64,000 nucleotides of DNA from positions 96,001 to 160,000 of IMG/VR virus record IMGVR_UViG_3300025770_000006; one strand, 5' to 3'. This document shows, one piece after another, positions 40,113 to 50,511 of this stretch. The DNA comes from a virus. The notes under the pieces were generated by a model that made no database searches, had not been told where the DNA came from, and was given only the letters and a program-made list of their open reading frames with translations. Each line of letters starts with the position of its first letter. Position 1 is the stretch's first letter. The position numbers and the translations under genes are program-made.

Positions 40113-40182
40113 TTTATTTTCATCCTGTCCGTTTATTTGTAGAGGGTACGGCTACCCTCATAGTACCATGTTAGGCTAAAGA

Positions 40183-41043
40183 TTATGCAGGTGCTTCAGG
40201 TGCTGGAGCTACACCTGAAGCAGACGCACCTGCTGAACGACCCGTAGCAGTAGCCGCTCTCTCATTGTACAGGAGTGAACTGTTCTGACCAAGTGTTGGA
40301 TCATTACCAGTAGCCATGAACTCACCATAGGTAGAGTATAGGTCATGCACATCTGTGATCTGAGCTTCGATATTCTGCTGAATGATGCCACCATCGGCTG
40401 ACATCTCACCATGATCCATCGAAGTGATCCAACAACCCTCACAATAAGTGATGAGTGCTTTGTGTATTTGTGAACCCACTGTACCAGCTTCACCCTCGGC
40501 ATTAGGTACAGCACCATCTCCTAATGCATTATTTGAATTCAATCCTCCTGTCGCATTTTGCGATGAGAAATCGACATCAACAAGGCCATTGGGGCCAGTA
40601 GCAGGTGCTTCGGTGTCAGCAAGAGTTGAGAACACAAGCTGTTGCTCAATGTCGAAAGGCCATCTGTGATGTTGTAAAGTACGAACGGGTCCATCAACAC
40701 CACCTGCAAAACCAAATGCTTGGTGAGCATTTGAGAGATAAAGAAGGGTACGAACAAATGAAGCACTGTGAGGGTCTGAAACACCAGGTACGAGTTCAGC
40801 AATCTGATCCCCGAAACCTACACCACGATATGGTTCTGCACCTCTTGAAGATCCAGAGATTGAGAATGAAGCAACCACACCGATCTGATATAGAAGTCCA
40901 TCTGTACTTCCATAAGCAGGTGTGAGAATACGACACTTTTGAGAAACAACGGCACGAGTGTTTGGGGATGAATTGAACTTATACAGGGCAGAAGTACCTG
41001 CGATACCTGCTTGTGGGTTCATATCTTTATTATTTGCTGGCAT
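40183..41043 (-). CDS. major tail tube protein, 286 aa
   Basis: RGVGFGDQIAELVPG, WPFDIEQQ, GCWITS; head of the tail operon with AGGAGG RBS. Confidence 0.75.
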   Translation of the reverse strand: MPANNKDMNPQAGIAGTSALYKFNSSPNTRAVVSQKCRILTPAYGSTDGLLYQIGVVASFSISGSSRGAEPYRGVGFGDQIAELVPGVSDPHSASFVRTLLYLSNAHQAFGFAGGVDGPVRTLQHHRWPFDIEQQLVFSTLADTEAPATGPNGLVDVDFSSQNATGGLNSNNALGDGAVPNAEGEAGTVGSQIHKALITYCEGCWITSMDHGEMSADGGIIQQNIEAQITDVHDLYSTYGEFMATGNDPTLGQNSSLLYNERAATATGRSAGASASGVAPAPEAPA

Positions 41044-41106
41044 AATGTCCTCCTAGATTGACATGAGAGCTAAGGGAAAGTTTTGTTATTCATTTATATT
41101 TGAACT

Positions 41107-41118
41107 ATAAACGAACTA
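41107..41118 (-). promoter_or_regulatory. late-type promoter motif TAGTTCGTTTAT upstream of the tail operon
   Basis: same motif as before leader-family genes. Confidence 0.6.
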
Positions 41119-41143
41119 TTAAAGACTATGTGAGGTTGTGTAT

Positions 41144-41893
41144 ATGTCATTTACATCAAATGAGAAATCTTATGGTGGGTATTCGTCTTTCTCTCCCATG
41201 CGTCACGCTGAACGAGAAGGCGATAAAAAAGAGAGAAACAAGAATGTACCCGCTTATGTTCATGATAAGGTAGAAGAGATCATGGAGAAGCAAAAAGATA
41301 AAGATGAGGGTAAGGCATGGGCTGTGGCGTGGTCGATTTATTGTAAATATAAGAAACCAGGATCGGATCACTGTAAAAAAGAGAAGGACGATTATTTCCC
41401 TAGTCGGAATAAAAAAGCCACATGGACAAAACAAGAGCAACGAGAGATCAGAAGAAGAACACTTAGGATCATGGGTAAATTAGATCAGCTCGTGAGTAAA
41501 GGTCTCCAACACATCACTAAGATCATTAAAGTGAACACGAATACAGAGCGTGAAGAACAACTTGTATGGCATATGTTAACCTACGGTAAGTTCCCTACCT
41601 ATATGTTCAAAATATCTACCGAAGCTCGTATCTTAGGTAAGATTTCTGGCCTAATGCACCACGATAAGAAGGTGTCTGACATCACTTACCAAGAAGAGAA
41701 GGTGGCTTACAAAACACTCTATAAGATTTGTAAATACTGCCACATTTATTGGTCTAGTAAAGTGTGGTCAAAAGTATGGATTGCATCGGGCGACATTCCG
41801 ATTCGTACTATTCGTGTTGAGTTTTTAACGCTTCATAATGTTGAGTTCAATGTAGAATATACAAGATTGCTTAGGTACTTATTTGATAGCTGA
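41144..41893 (+). CDS. 249-aa protein with a ChaB-like N-terminal segment
   Basis: VPAYV...DEGKAWAVAWS resembles the ChaB AxxVAW helix. Confidence 0.6.
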   Translation: MSFTSNEKSYGGYSSFSPMRHAEREGDKKERNKNVPAYVHDKVEEIMEKQKDKDEGKAWAVAWSIYCKYKKPGSDHCKKEKDDYFPSRNKKATWTKQEQREIRRRTLRIMGKLDQLVSKGLQHITKIIKVNTNTEREEQLVWHMLTYGKFPTYMFKISTEARILGKISGLMHHDKKVSDITYQEEKVAYKTLYKICKYCHIYWSSKVWSKVWIASGDIPIRTIRVEFLTLHNVEFNVEYTRLLRYLFDS

Positions 41894-41940
41894 AATCATA
41901 TAAAGTACATTCCACACCCATAAAGGAGGGGTGTACTCAT

Positions 41941-43542
41941 ATGGACAATAAGAAACTACTCGCTACGATTGAAAAGCTCAGAGAGATAAGAGTCAAAGAA
42001 GATCTTACCCCACCTGCTTGTAAGATGCTTAATACACATATGCCTAATGGTGGGGAGATAAAGCTAAGACAGTATCAGATACAAGGTGTGCTTCACCTTT
42101 TGGCAATGCCTAGATTCGTTCTAGGTGATGATACAGGACTTGGGAAAACCCTACAAGTAATCGCAACACTCGCTTATTTATGGGAAAAACGACCCGATAT
42201 ACCAGCAATCATCTGCACGACTAAGAGTGCTGTTGGTCAATGGGAATCCGAGTTCGATAAGTTCACTACAGGAGTAACGATCTTCAAATGCTTGGGGACT
42301 AAAAAGAAAAGAGCGAAAATCCATGCCGAGTTTAAAGAATTTGTGGGACCAAAAGCTATGGTCATGGGATATAGAACAGCAGTAAATGACTTTCAATACC
42401 TTCAAAGCATGACGGGTCATGTAATGGTCTTCGATGAAGCGACTGCTTTTAAAAATGATCGTGCTCAAGTTCACCAAGTCTGTCTACACCTTGCAGGTTC
42501 AGCAGAGCGTGTATGGTCTTTATCTGCAACCATCATTAAGAATAGACTCATGGAAGCATGGGCTATTTATAAGGTGACTGTCCCCCATATCTTTGGGAAT
42601 AAAACTAACTTTATGCGTGAGTATTGTATCACTAGAGATCAAACAATACCTGGTTCTCGTAGGCGTATTAAGATTGTGGTTGGACACCGTAAGCGTGATA
42701 TAGAAGCCTTTCGTGAACACATTGATCCTTACTTTTTAGGTAGACCAAAACATGAAGTCGCTAAAGAGTTACCCCCACTGACAACTAAAGTCATCCACTG
42801 TGATTTGAGTAAACCTCAAAAGAATAAGTATGCCGAAGCCCTACAAGGTCTACTTGAATACACAGACCCCGAAACTGGCGAGGTGATGGAGCGAGAAGTC
42901 ACGAAACTCACAGCAGTTACAGTTTGTCAGCAAATTGTAAACCACCCTGCACTTATCGACTGCGATGGGGAATCAGGTAAACTAGAGACTCTACTTGATG
43001 TTTTAGATAATGAACTTAACGGTGAAAAAGTGATTATCTTCTCTCGATTTAGGGGCATGATAGATATTCTTGAGGCAGAACTAGAAGCAAAGAAGATTAA
43101 AACCGTTCGTATCACTGGTACAGAGAATGGTAATCAGCGTATGGCTAGTCAAAAGGCATTTCAAGATGAGAAAGATGAGACTAAAGTTTGTCTCATTACA
43201 ATGGCGGCGGCTGAAGGTATTAATCTCCAACTCGCTAAAGCGGTTGTCTTTTATGACACCCCTTGGAGTGCTGGTGATTACTTGCAGATCATTGGTCGTA
43301 TGATTCGTATTGGATCAATTCACGAGAAGGTATTCAGTTATCATATCTGTGCTCCTAAGACCATTGATGAGCGTGTAATGAAAACCCTAAAGGCTAAGAT
43401 GGGTTTGATTGAAGCTGTCTTAGGAAAGCGTCTTAAAGAGGATGGGGAAGAAGACTCAATTCTTGAAGTCGGTCAATCCGAGATTGCTGATCTCTTTGAT
43501 GGTCTACTTGACGATGCGAGGGACATTATAAAAGTTAAGTAA
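41941..43542 (+). CDS. SNF2-family (SF2) helicase/ATPase
   Basis: LRQYQIQG, GDDTGLGKT, FDEA, SAT, EGINL, QIIGRMIRIG. Confidence 0.92.
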   Translation: MDNKKLLATIEKLREIRVKEDLTPPACKMLNTHMPNGGEIKLRQYQIQGVLHLLAMPRFVLGDDTGLGKTLQVIATLAYLWEKRPDIPAIICTTKSAVGQWESEFDKFTTGVTIFKCLGTKKKRAKIHAEFKEFVGPKAMVMGYRTAVNDFQYLQSMTGHVMVFDEATAFKNDRAQVHQVCLHLAGSAERVWSLSATIIKNRLMEAWAIYKVTVPHIFGNKTNFMREYCITRDQTIPGSRRRIKIVVGHRKRDIEAFREHIDPYFLGRPKHEVAKELPPLTTKVIHCDLSKPQKNKYAEALQGLLEYTDPETGEVMEREVTKLTAVTVCQQIVNHPALIDCDGESGKLETLLDVLDNELNGEKVIIFSRFRGMIDILEAELEAKKIKTVRITGTENGNQRMASQKAFQDEKDETKVCLITMAAAEGINLQLAKAVVFYDTPWSAGDYLQIIGRMIRIGSIHEKVFSYHICAPKTIDERVMKTLKAKMGLIEAVLGKRLKEDGEEDSILEVGQSEIADLFDGLLDDARDIIKVK

Positions 43543-43593
43543 TCTGTTCTTTATTGATCTCTTATTCATATAAGGTGTAGCAAAGGAGTCATT

Positions 43594-44292
43594 ATGGATA
43601 AATGTAAAAAATGTGGTGGTGTAGGCTACACACAAAAAGATAATGGACACATGGGTATGCCTCAAGCTATCCAATGCGATTGTGTTATTGATAAAGCCCT
43701 AGATGAACAAGCAGAGAGGGCATGGACACATTTAAGCGTAGCTCCCATTCGCAAGCGTTCTATGCTTAACGGTAAGGTTTCTAAGAACCTTGTCATCACA
43801 GCCACTACAGATCAGTTGAGATTACATCTTAGATCTGCGTTAGGAAATCTTAGGAATCCTAATGTGTTTGTCAAAGTCATTGGGGATCACACGCTCATGT
43901 CTTCTTGGCTAGGGTCTATGATGATTCAAGGGAAAGACATAGCAGACCCAGACTTTCAGAGAGACTTAAAAGTTTACTCTTTGGATGACCTTGCTGAAGC
44001 ACCGTATCTCATGGTGATAAGGCTTGGTACAAAAGTAGCACGAAATGCGGCTATGTCTGAGGTCGTTGTTGAAACGATTGAGATTCGAGAACATTTGAAG
44101 AAACCTACTTGGCTTATCATTGATCCCGACAAACCACTTGAGGAAGGGCATATTGCATGGAGTCAATTATTAGAGGACACGATTCACCCTTGGGATCGTA
44201 TAAACCTTAATGAAAATACTTCCTCAAGTCGTACCCGAACTTCAAAGAAAAGCGTATCTAATATGGGGCAACATAAGCGAGTGAAACTATGA
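43594..44292 (+). CDS. DnaC-like helicase loader (N-terminal Zn ribbon, degenerate AAA+)
   Basis: CKKCGG...CDC; directly upstream of and overlapping DnaB; no intact Walker A. Confidence 0.55.
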   Translation: MDKCKKCGGVGYTQKDNGHMGMPQAIQCDCVIDKALDEQAERAWTHLSVAPIRKRSMLNGKVSKNLVITATTDQLRLHLRSALGNLRNPNVFVKVIGDHTLMSSWLGSMMIQGKDIADPDFQRDLKVYSLDDLAEAPYLMVIRLGTKVARNAAMSEVVVETIEIREHLKKPTWLIIDPDKPLEEGHIAWSQLLEDTIHPWDRINLNENTSSSRTRTSKKSVSNMGQHKRVKL

Positions 44293-45815
44293 GTGATATT
44301 TTAAGAAGCATACTCCCAGATGAGCCAAGAGGTGATGACCCTAAGCTCATGTTTCAAAACTACTGTTCTCTTAAGGAGTCTGTCTTACGCTTTGACTTAC
44401 CCTCAGAAGTCAATGTGTTCGAGTATGTTGAGGACTTCACTCTCAAGCATGGTCATTTACCTTCGCAACAGGGAGTTAGAGAATACTTTGAAGAGAATCA
44501 ATCCTTTGATGAAGCAGATCGTATTCAACAGATCGCTAACCGACCAGTCTCTTATCGAGGTGACTTTGTATCCCTAATCGAAAGACGAGTTGAAGAAGGT
44601 CGGATGACTAAGTTAGCTTCTGTTATGGCTGACGCTAAAGTCATCGCTCGTACAGGGCTTGAGGTTAAAGAAGGTCGGACAAAGAAGATCATTAAGGGTT
44701 CAAGGGATGCGGGGAACTTCCTACTCAATGAGATTGCTAAGATAAACACCCCTACCTTTGGCTCTCGTATCGGGGGAGAAATCTTAGGTGATGGTGAAGA
44801 CTTTTGGAATGAGTATGAACGCACTTGTAATAAACAAACTGACATCCTCCCACAAACAGGGCTATCTATTATTGATAATGCTATCGGTGGGTTCAAGAGA
44901 AAAGAACTATACATCATGGCGGCTTTTACAGGTCACCTTAAATCTACCTCAAGTTTAAATTGGGTTTACAATCAGTCTGTCTATGGAGGGACTGATACAC
45001 TGTATTTCTCTCTTGAAATGCACTATACTCAATGTAGACGCATCATCTATGTCTATCATTCTATGCACCCTAAGTTCCGAGATAAGCGTATCGCTTTGGG
45101 TATACAGCAGGGTCAAACAGATGCAGGTATTGATCCAGACAAGATCAAAAAGGGAACACTTACAGAAGATGAGCGTTCTTACATGAGAGATGTCATTGAA
45201 GATCTCGACAACGGTATGAAACAAGGAAATTATGGGTCAATCCACATTGAGGTTGCCGATCCCGATGTTCTTGACTTCACAGTTGAAAACATCCGTACTA
45301 GAGCCGAGCTACTTTATCAAAAGGCCCCTTTCAAGATGATGGTGGTAGACCATGCTTTATTGGTCTCCCCTCGTAAGTGGGTAGCGTCCACTACGGATCG
45401 GTTAAATGAGGTCATCAGAGATCTTAAAAAGACATCTCTTGGATTTAATCGTGGTGAAGGTATTCCTGTCTTATGTCTGTTTCAGATCAGTCGTGAGGGT
45501 TATAAGTCAGCCGAGAAAAACGGTGGGTCTTACAACCTCACTCACTTGAGTTATGCAAATGAAGCAGAGCGTTCTGCTGATCTTGTGATCTCAAGTTGGT
45601 ATGGTGATGATAAGCGTGAGAACAGTTTGGTTAAATACCAATGCCTCAAGTCTCGTGACCAAGCCCCCTTTGAAGAGTTTGACGCACAAATCGCTTGGCC
45701 TTATGGTCGTATCCTCGATATGCCTTTACAGTTCCAAACGAACACCTCTTATAAGAGCAAAGGTAAAAAGACTGAAGTGTTTGACGATCCTTTAGACGCT
45801 CTCATGGATCTGTAA
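44289..45815 (+). CDS. dnaB: DnaB-like replicative DNA helicase
   Basis: AAFTGHLKST, YFSLEM, VVDH, FQISRE, ERSADLV. Confidence 0.85.
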   Translation: MSDILRSILPDEPRGDDPKLMFQNYCSLKESVLRFDLPSEVNVFEYVEDFTLKHGHLPSQQGVREYFEENQSFDEADRIQQIANRPVSYRGDFVSLIERRVEEGRMTKLASVMADAKVIARTGLEVKEGRTKKIIKGSRDAGNFLLNEIAKINTPTFGSRIGGEILGDGEDFWNEYERTCNKQTDILPQTGLSIIDNAIGGFKRKELYIMAAFTGHLKSTSSLNWVYNQSVYGGTDTLYFSLEMHYTQCRRIIYVYHSMHPKFRDKRIALGIQQGQTDAGIDPDKIKKGTLTEDERSYMRDVIEDLDNGMKQGNYGSIHIEVADPDVLDFTVENIRTRAELLYQKAPFKMMVVDHALLVSPRKWVASTTDRLNEVIRDLKKTSLGFNRGEGIPVLCLFQISREGYKSAEKNGGSYNLTHLSYANEAERSADLVISSWYGDDKRENSLVKYQCLKSRDQAPFEEFDAQIAWPYGRILDMPLQFQTNTSYKSKGKKTEVFDDPLDALMDL

Positions 45816-47035
45816 TGTTCTTTGAAATCGACAAACCTAAACTCCCACCCCTCAAGGAGCTGAACCTATTAGATAAGAACAACGAGTTCTCGATTCCGTC
45901 CGACCTGTGGGCTTCTATCTTAGACCAATACACGAAGCAAGAAATCATCGAGCATTTTTCGGATCTTATTGAGAACACTCCTGTGCCTTTCCCCTATAGA
46001 GTCTACGGTCTTGGAAATGTCCGTAAGGACTACCTAGAGCTTTGCTCTGATACAGTGAAATGGGAAGAAGAAAGATGGGAGGCACTAAGGACACCTAAAG
46101 ACCTTCCTATGCTCTATAAGGACAGGCCGATACACCTCGATTACATAAGTAAAAAAGGACTGTCTGTGTCGGATATGTTCACACAAGAAATACGAATGGA
46201 GTGTGGACATAAGTCAAGCCCATCGCCCACTCGACAATGGGATCGGGTTGGATATAAATCAAAAGTTAGACCCATCTTAAAAGTCTTGATGGGATTGAAC
46301 TTAAGTAGAACACTGAGGAGTGGTGTGTATAAGACTGCCATGTTTGATTGCCTCCGACTTGGTAGGTACATGGCGAGTCAGTTTAAGCCCTCTTGTGCTA
46401 AAGCTATCTACGATTTCTTTGGTGCAAAGAAAGTGTTAGACTTCAGTGCTGGTTGGGGTGATAGGCTGGTTGGCTTTCATGCCTCTGATGCCGAGTCTTA
46501 CATCGGCATAGATCCAAATACTAGACTCCACATTCAGTATAAAAAGATCTCCTCATTCTGTAACACCGATAAGGAGGTTAGGTTCATCTGCTCTCCTGCT
46601 GAAGATGCAGACTTATCTGATGTTAAAGTAGACTTCATTTTTACAAGCCCTCCTTATTTTGATACCGAGAGATATAGCCAAGAAGGAACTCAGTCGTGGA
46701 AGAGATACCCGACAATGAATGGATGGTTGAGTGGATTTCTTTACCCTACCCTCAATAAGAGTTGGGAAGCGTTAGAGGAAGGGGGTCGGATAGCAATCAA
46801 TATAACTGATGTTCTTGATGGGAGTCATTACTTAGAAATCATCAAACCGATGATTGAGTACATGGAGGGCTTAGGTGCTACTTATGAAGGAGTAGTCGGA
46901 TATAGGACGAAAAAGAGACCAGGCGAAAATCAAGGGATTGTTGGAGGGAGCGTGTTCTGCGAACCTATCTTCATTTGGTCTAAGGGGGAAGCTCTCGAAC
47001 CTAAGTGGCATCAAGATAACTACTTCGGAGTTTGA
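45815..47035 (+). CDS. DNA amino-methyltransferase (N4-C/N6-A), paralog 1
   Basis: motif I DFSAGWGDR, motif IV FTSPPYF. Confidence 0.88.
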   Translation: MFFEIDKPKLPPLKELNLLDKNNEFSIPSDLWASILDQYTKQEIIEHFSDLIENTPVPFPYRVYGLGNVRKDYLELCSDTVKWEEERWEALRTPKDLPMLYKDRPIHLDYISKKGLSVSDMFTQEIRMECGHKSSPSPTRQWDRVGYKSKVRPILKVLMGLNLSRTLRSGVYKTAMFDCLRLGRYMASQFKPSCAKAIYDFFGAKKVLDFSAGWGDRLVGFHASDAESYIGIDPNTRLHIQYKKISSFCNTDKEVRFICSPAEDADLSDVKVDFIFTSPPYFDTERYSQEGTQSWKRYPTMNGWLSGFLYPTLNKSWEALEEGGRIAINITDVLDGSHYLEIIKPMIEYMEGLGATYEGVVGYRTKKRPGENQGIVGGSVFCEPIFIWSKGEALEPKWHQDNYFGV

Positions 47036-47132
47036 CTATGAGACTCATTTATACTGTAGCCTTTATAAGTACAATACCTGTAAAGAACGCAGGGAAAGCC
47101 TGCCTCAATGCAGTCAATCTTTAGGAGAATGA

Positions 47133-48338
47133 ATGTTTTTTGATTATGAAAAAAAAGCCAAAGATAAGATAGACGAATATGAGGTTGTAAGAGGACAAGA
47201 GATCTTCATACAACCTCATCAGTGGTCAGAGATGCTTGATAAGTTTACTCGTGATGAGATCATCACTTACTTATCAACTAAGATCGAAGGGATACCATTC
47301 CCATATACTAAATATACTCCTCAAGAGGTGCATCGTGATTGGTTAGATGTTCAGTCCGACTATATGACACCAGTGGCAGGAGAGTGGGGATTACCTCGAT
47401 GTCAGTTAGAGGATGCTCATACTTACAAAGGTAGGTATCTTTACTTCGCACCTAATAACAAAGGACTCAAAGTCTCTAATCAGTTCACCGAGTTCGCAAG
47501 AGTATTAGTAGACCATCGAGAATATAAAAGTGCCATGACTCAATGGACTCGAATAGGTATGAAGGGCGATAAGAGATACTTCCTTAGACCCTTTTTCACC
47601 CTATACGACAGGTCTAAAGGGGTTAATAGGAAAATGCTCTTTAACGCTATAAATATGTCTTATTACATACCTGCTCAGTTCAAACCAACACTCTCCAAAG
47701 CCATGTATAACTTCTTCGGGGCAAAGAAGGTCTTAGATTTCTCTATGGGATGGGGTGATAGGCTAGTTGGTTTCCTCGCTTCTGACGCTCTGTCGTATGT
47801 TGGTATTGACCCTAATACAAAACTCCATGAGCCTTATGGACAAATAGATTCGTACTGTAATGCAAACAAAGAAACTAAGTTCATTTGTTCTCCAGCTGAG
47901 GATGCTGACCTAACTGATGTTAAAGTAGACTTTATCTTCACAAGCCCTCCTTACTTTGATACCGAGAAGTATAGCCAAGAAGATACTCAGAGTTGGAAGA
48001 GATACCCCAAAACAGATGACTGGCTCAATGGATTTCTTTACCCGACACTCAAGAAATGTTGGGAGGTATTAGAAGACGGAGGACGGATCTGCGTCAATAT
48101 CTCAGACAAGGTTTATGGTGATATACGAGTATGCCAACCCATGATTGAATACATGGAGTCATTAGGTGCTACTTACGAGGGAGTGATTGGTTATAGGATG
48201 TCCAAGAGACCAGGAAATCACCATTCATTGAACGAGGATCTGTCTAAGGTAAGTGTTTTTTGCGAACCTATTTTCATTTGGAGTAAGGGAGAAGCCCCCG
48301 AACCTAAATGGAATCAAGATAACTTCTTTGGGGTATAA
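47133..48338 (+). CDS. DNA amino-methyltransferase, paralog 2
   Basis: DFSMGWGDR, FTSPPYF. Confidence 0.88.
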   Translation: MFFDYEKKAKDKIDEYEVVRGQEIFIQPHQWSEMLDKFTRDEIITYLSTKIEGIPFPYTKYTPQEVHRDWLDVQSDYMTPVAGEWGLPRCQLEDAHTYKGRYLYFAPNNKGLKVSNQFTEFARVLVDHREYKSAMTQWTRIGMKGDKRYFLRPFFTLYDRSKGVNRKMLFNAINMSYYIPAQFKPTLSKAMYNFFGAKKVLDFSMGWGDRLVGFLASDALSYVGIDPNTKLHEPYGQIDSYCNANKETKFICSPAEDADLTDVKVDFIFTSPPYFDTEKYSQEDTQSWKRYPKTDDWLNGFLYPTLKKCWEVLEDGGRICVNISDKVYGDIRVCQPMIEYMESLGATYEGVIGYRMSKRPGNHHSLNEDLSKVSVFCEPIFIWSKGEAPEPKWNQDNFFGV

Positions 48339-48367
48339 TCCTATAAGGGTCTTGAAAGGATTTAAGT

Positions 48368-49600
48368 ATGTTCTTTGATTATGAAAAAACCAAAAAAGAG
48401 AACCTTGAAGAGTATGAGGTTTTGAGAGGGAATGAGATCTTTATCCCACCCCATCAGTGGCTAGAGATGGTAGATAGTTTTAGTAGAGATGAGATCACTG
48501 ATTATCTGTCTGCAAAGATTGAAGATTTACCTTACCCCTTCACTAAGTACACACCACAAGAGATCAAGAAAGATTGGTTAGAGGTTCAGTCCGATTACAT
48601 GATCCCGATTGAGGGTGCTTGGGGATTGCCACGATGTCAGTTAGACGAAGACCATACTTACAAAGGTAGGTATATTTACTTCGCACCTAATAACAAAGGA
48701 CTCAAAGTCTCTAATCAATATAGTGAACCTATGCGTTTAGAGGTAGACCATAAGCAGTTCCCAAGTGCAATGAGACAATGGACACGAACTAACCTCAAGT
48801 CCAAAAAGAGAGCGTTCCTTAGACCTTTATGGACATTGTATGATCCGTCAAAAGGTGTGAACAGCAAGATACTTGTAAACGCTATCGGTATGTCTGGTTA
48901 TATCCCAGCACAGTTCAAACCTACTTTAGCTAAGGCGATGTATAACTTCTTCGGGGCTAAAAGAGTATTGGATTTCTCTATGGGATGGGGCGATAGATTA
49001 GTTGGATTCCTATCTTCTGATGCCGAGTCCTATGTAGGATTAGACCCTAATACAAAACTCCATGAGCCTTATCAGAAGATCGCTGATTATTGTTCTACGA
49101 GTAAGACCACTAGGTTCATCTGCTCTCCTGCCGAAGATGCAGACCTGTCTGATGTTAAAGTAGACTTCGTTTTCACGAGTCCACCTTATTTCGACACCGA
49201 GAAATATAGTCAGGAGGAGACTCAATCATGGAAGCGTTATCCAGAGACTGATGATTGGCTGAATGGGTTTCTTTACCCAACCCTCAAGAAATGTTGGGAT
49301 TGCTTAGAAGAGGGAGGGAGGATATGCGTAAACATCTCTGATAAAGTCAGAGGAAACATACGAGTGTGTCAGCCCATGATTGAGTATATGGAGTCATTAG
49401 GTGCTACTTATGAAGGCGTGATTGGTTATCGGATGGCAAAGAGGCCAGGAAACCACCACTCTTTAAATGATGAGTTGTCCAAGATGGATGTTTTCTGTGA
49501 GCCGATTTTCATTTGGAGTAAGGGAGAAGCCCCCGAACCTAAATGGAATCAAGATACTTACTTTGGGGTGTGTGAGGTCGGTCATGTGGGGAAACCTTGA
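48368..49600 (+). CDS. DNA amino-methyltransferase, paralog 3
   Basis: DFSMGWGDR, FTSPPYF; very similar to paralog 2. Confidence 0.88.
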   Translation: MFFDYEKTKKENLEEYEVLRGNEIFIPPHQWLEMVDSFSRDEITDYLSAKIEDLPYPFTKYTPQEIKKDWLEVQSDYMIPIEGAWGLPRCQLDEDHTYKGRYIYFAPNNKGLKVSNQYSEPMRLEVDHKQFPSAMRQWTRTNLKSKKRAFLRPLWTLYDPSKGVNSKILVNAIGMSGYIPAQFKPTLAKAMYNFFGAKRVLDFSMGWGDRLVGFLSSDAESYVGLDPNTKLHEPYQKIADYCSTSKTTRFICSPAEDADLSDVKVDFVFTSPPYFDTEKYSQEETQSWKRYPETDDWLNGFLYPTLKKCWDCLEEGGRICVNISDKVRGNIRVCQPMIEYMESLGATYEGVIGYRMAKRPGNHHSLNDELSKMDVFCEPIFIWSKGEAPEPKWNQDTYFGVCEVGHVGKP

Positions 49601-50510
49601 TGTATCTAACTTAGATGTATTGACTCCATACATCGAGTCTGCTTTAGAGAGAAATCTCCTGTATTACAATCTCAACCCTTTTGAATTCCTAGCCTTTAAA
49701 ACAAAAGGCAACTTGTTCAAGATTGAAAACAATACCTTACATTTTGGTTGGCATGGTGTAATCGGAGCGAGGTTCTTAAAGCTCTACTTCCCCCCTATTC
49801 ACTTATACGGTGATGAAGAGATTGAAAGGGAATCTGTTTTAAAAGCTACAAATGAGGGATGCTCTTTGTGGATCGAAAAGGAGCACTCGAAGGCTTTAGG
49901 TGTCAAAGCCAAAACTATCTCGGAGTATCGAGGAGCTTATCAGCCCATATACCATAGAGACTATCAACTAGCGGGTAAGAAATATAAAAATATGAGGAGA
50001 GATAGAAATATCCTCCATTCTCTCATTGAGAGTGGTGAGTTAGAGTTTGTATTTGACTACCCCTTAAAAGGTCTTACAGGACTCAATAATGCTTGGCTAA
50101 GTCAGACTGGTCGTAAAAGGTCTGTGTTTGACTTTTGTCTTCAGAACGAAAAGCACCTCACACACAGGATCAAAAACCTAACCCTACTTAACAGAGATGG
50201 TGAGCCTATCACATCCTCTCTGTACGCTATATATTCACCAGATAAATGGCATTGTATAGGTGCGATCTCGGACTATGGGAAGATACCTATTGGTGGGTTG
50301 CAAAGACAGTCTGATCTGTATCTGTTTGAGTTGGAGGAAAAAGTCAACTTAGTGATGGTTGGTGGGTATAGCTATAAAGAGCTGAAGTTCTCTAAATTGG
50401 CATTACCACACAGTGTTTATAGGTTAGGCACACTACCTTCCAATATAACTGTGACCAAAGATATATGGGAGTCCTTTAGACCGAAGCCTCAGACCTATTT
50501 TGGAGTGTGA
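49584..50510 (+). CDS. DUF2156/MprF-C-like (GNAT-fold) aminoacyl-transferase-like protein A, 308 aa
   Basis: start moved to MWGNL (GAGGT RBS); LAGKKYKNMRRDRN and KFSKLALP match the LxGxKYxxxRxxxN and KxxxxP blocks. Confidence 0.6.
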   Translation: MWGNLDVSNLDVLTPYIESALERNLLYYNLNPFEFLAFKTKGNLFKIENNTLHFGWHGVIGARFLKLYFPPIHLYGDEEIERESVLKATNEGCSLWIEKEHSKALGVKAKTISEYRGAYQPIYHRDYQLAGKKYKNMRRDRNILHSLIESGELEFVFDYPLKGLTGLNNAWLSQTGRKRSVFDFCLQNEKHLTHRIKNLTLLNRDGEPITSSLYAIYSPDKWHCIGAISDYGKIPIGGLQRQSDLYLFELEEKVNLVMVGGYSYKELKFSKLALPHSVYRLGTLPSNITVTKDIWESFRPKPQTYFGV

Positions 50511-50511
50511 A

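Noticed and set aside
6699-41043. Numerous 60-140 aa antisense or alternate-frame ORFs inside structural genes
   Set aside because: Shadow ORFs of long coding regions with no RBS or recognisable motifs.
47089-47103. Rho-independent terminator (GCAGG-GAAAG-CCTGC hairpin)
   Set aside because: Short stem with no following T-tract, inside a co-oriented operon.
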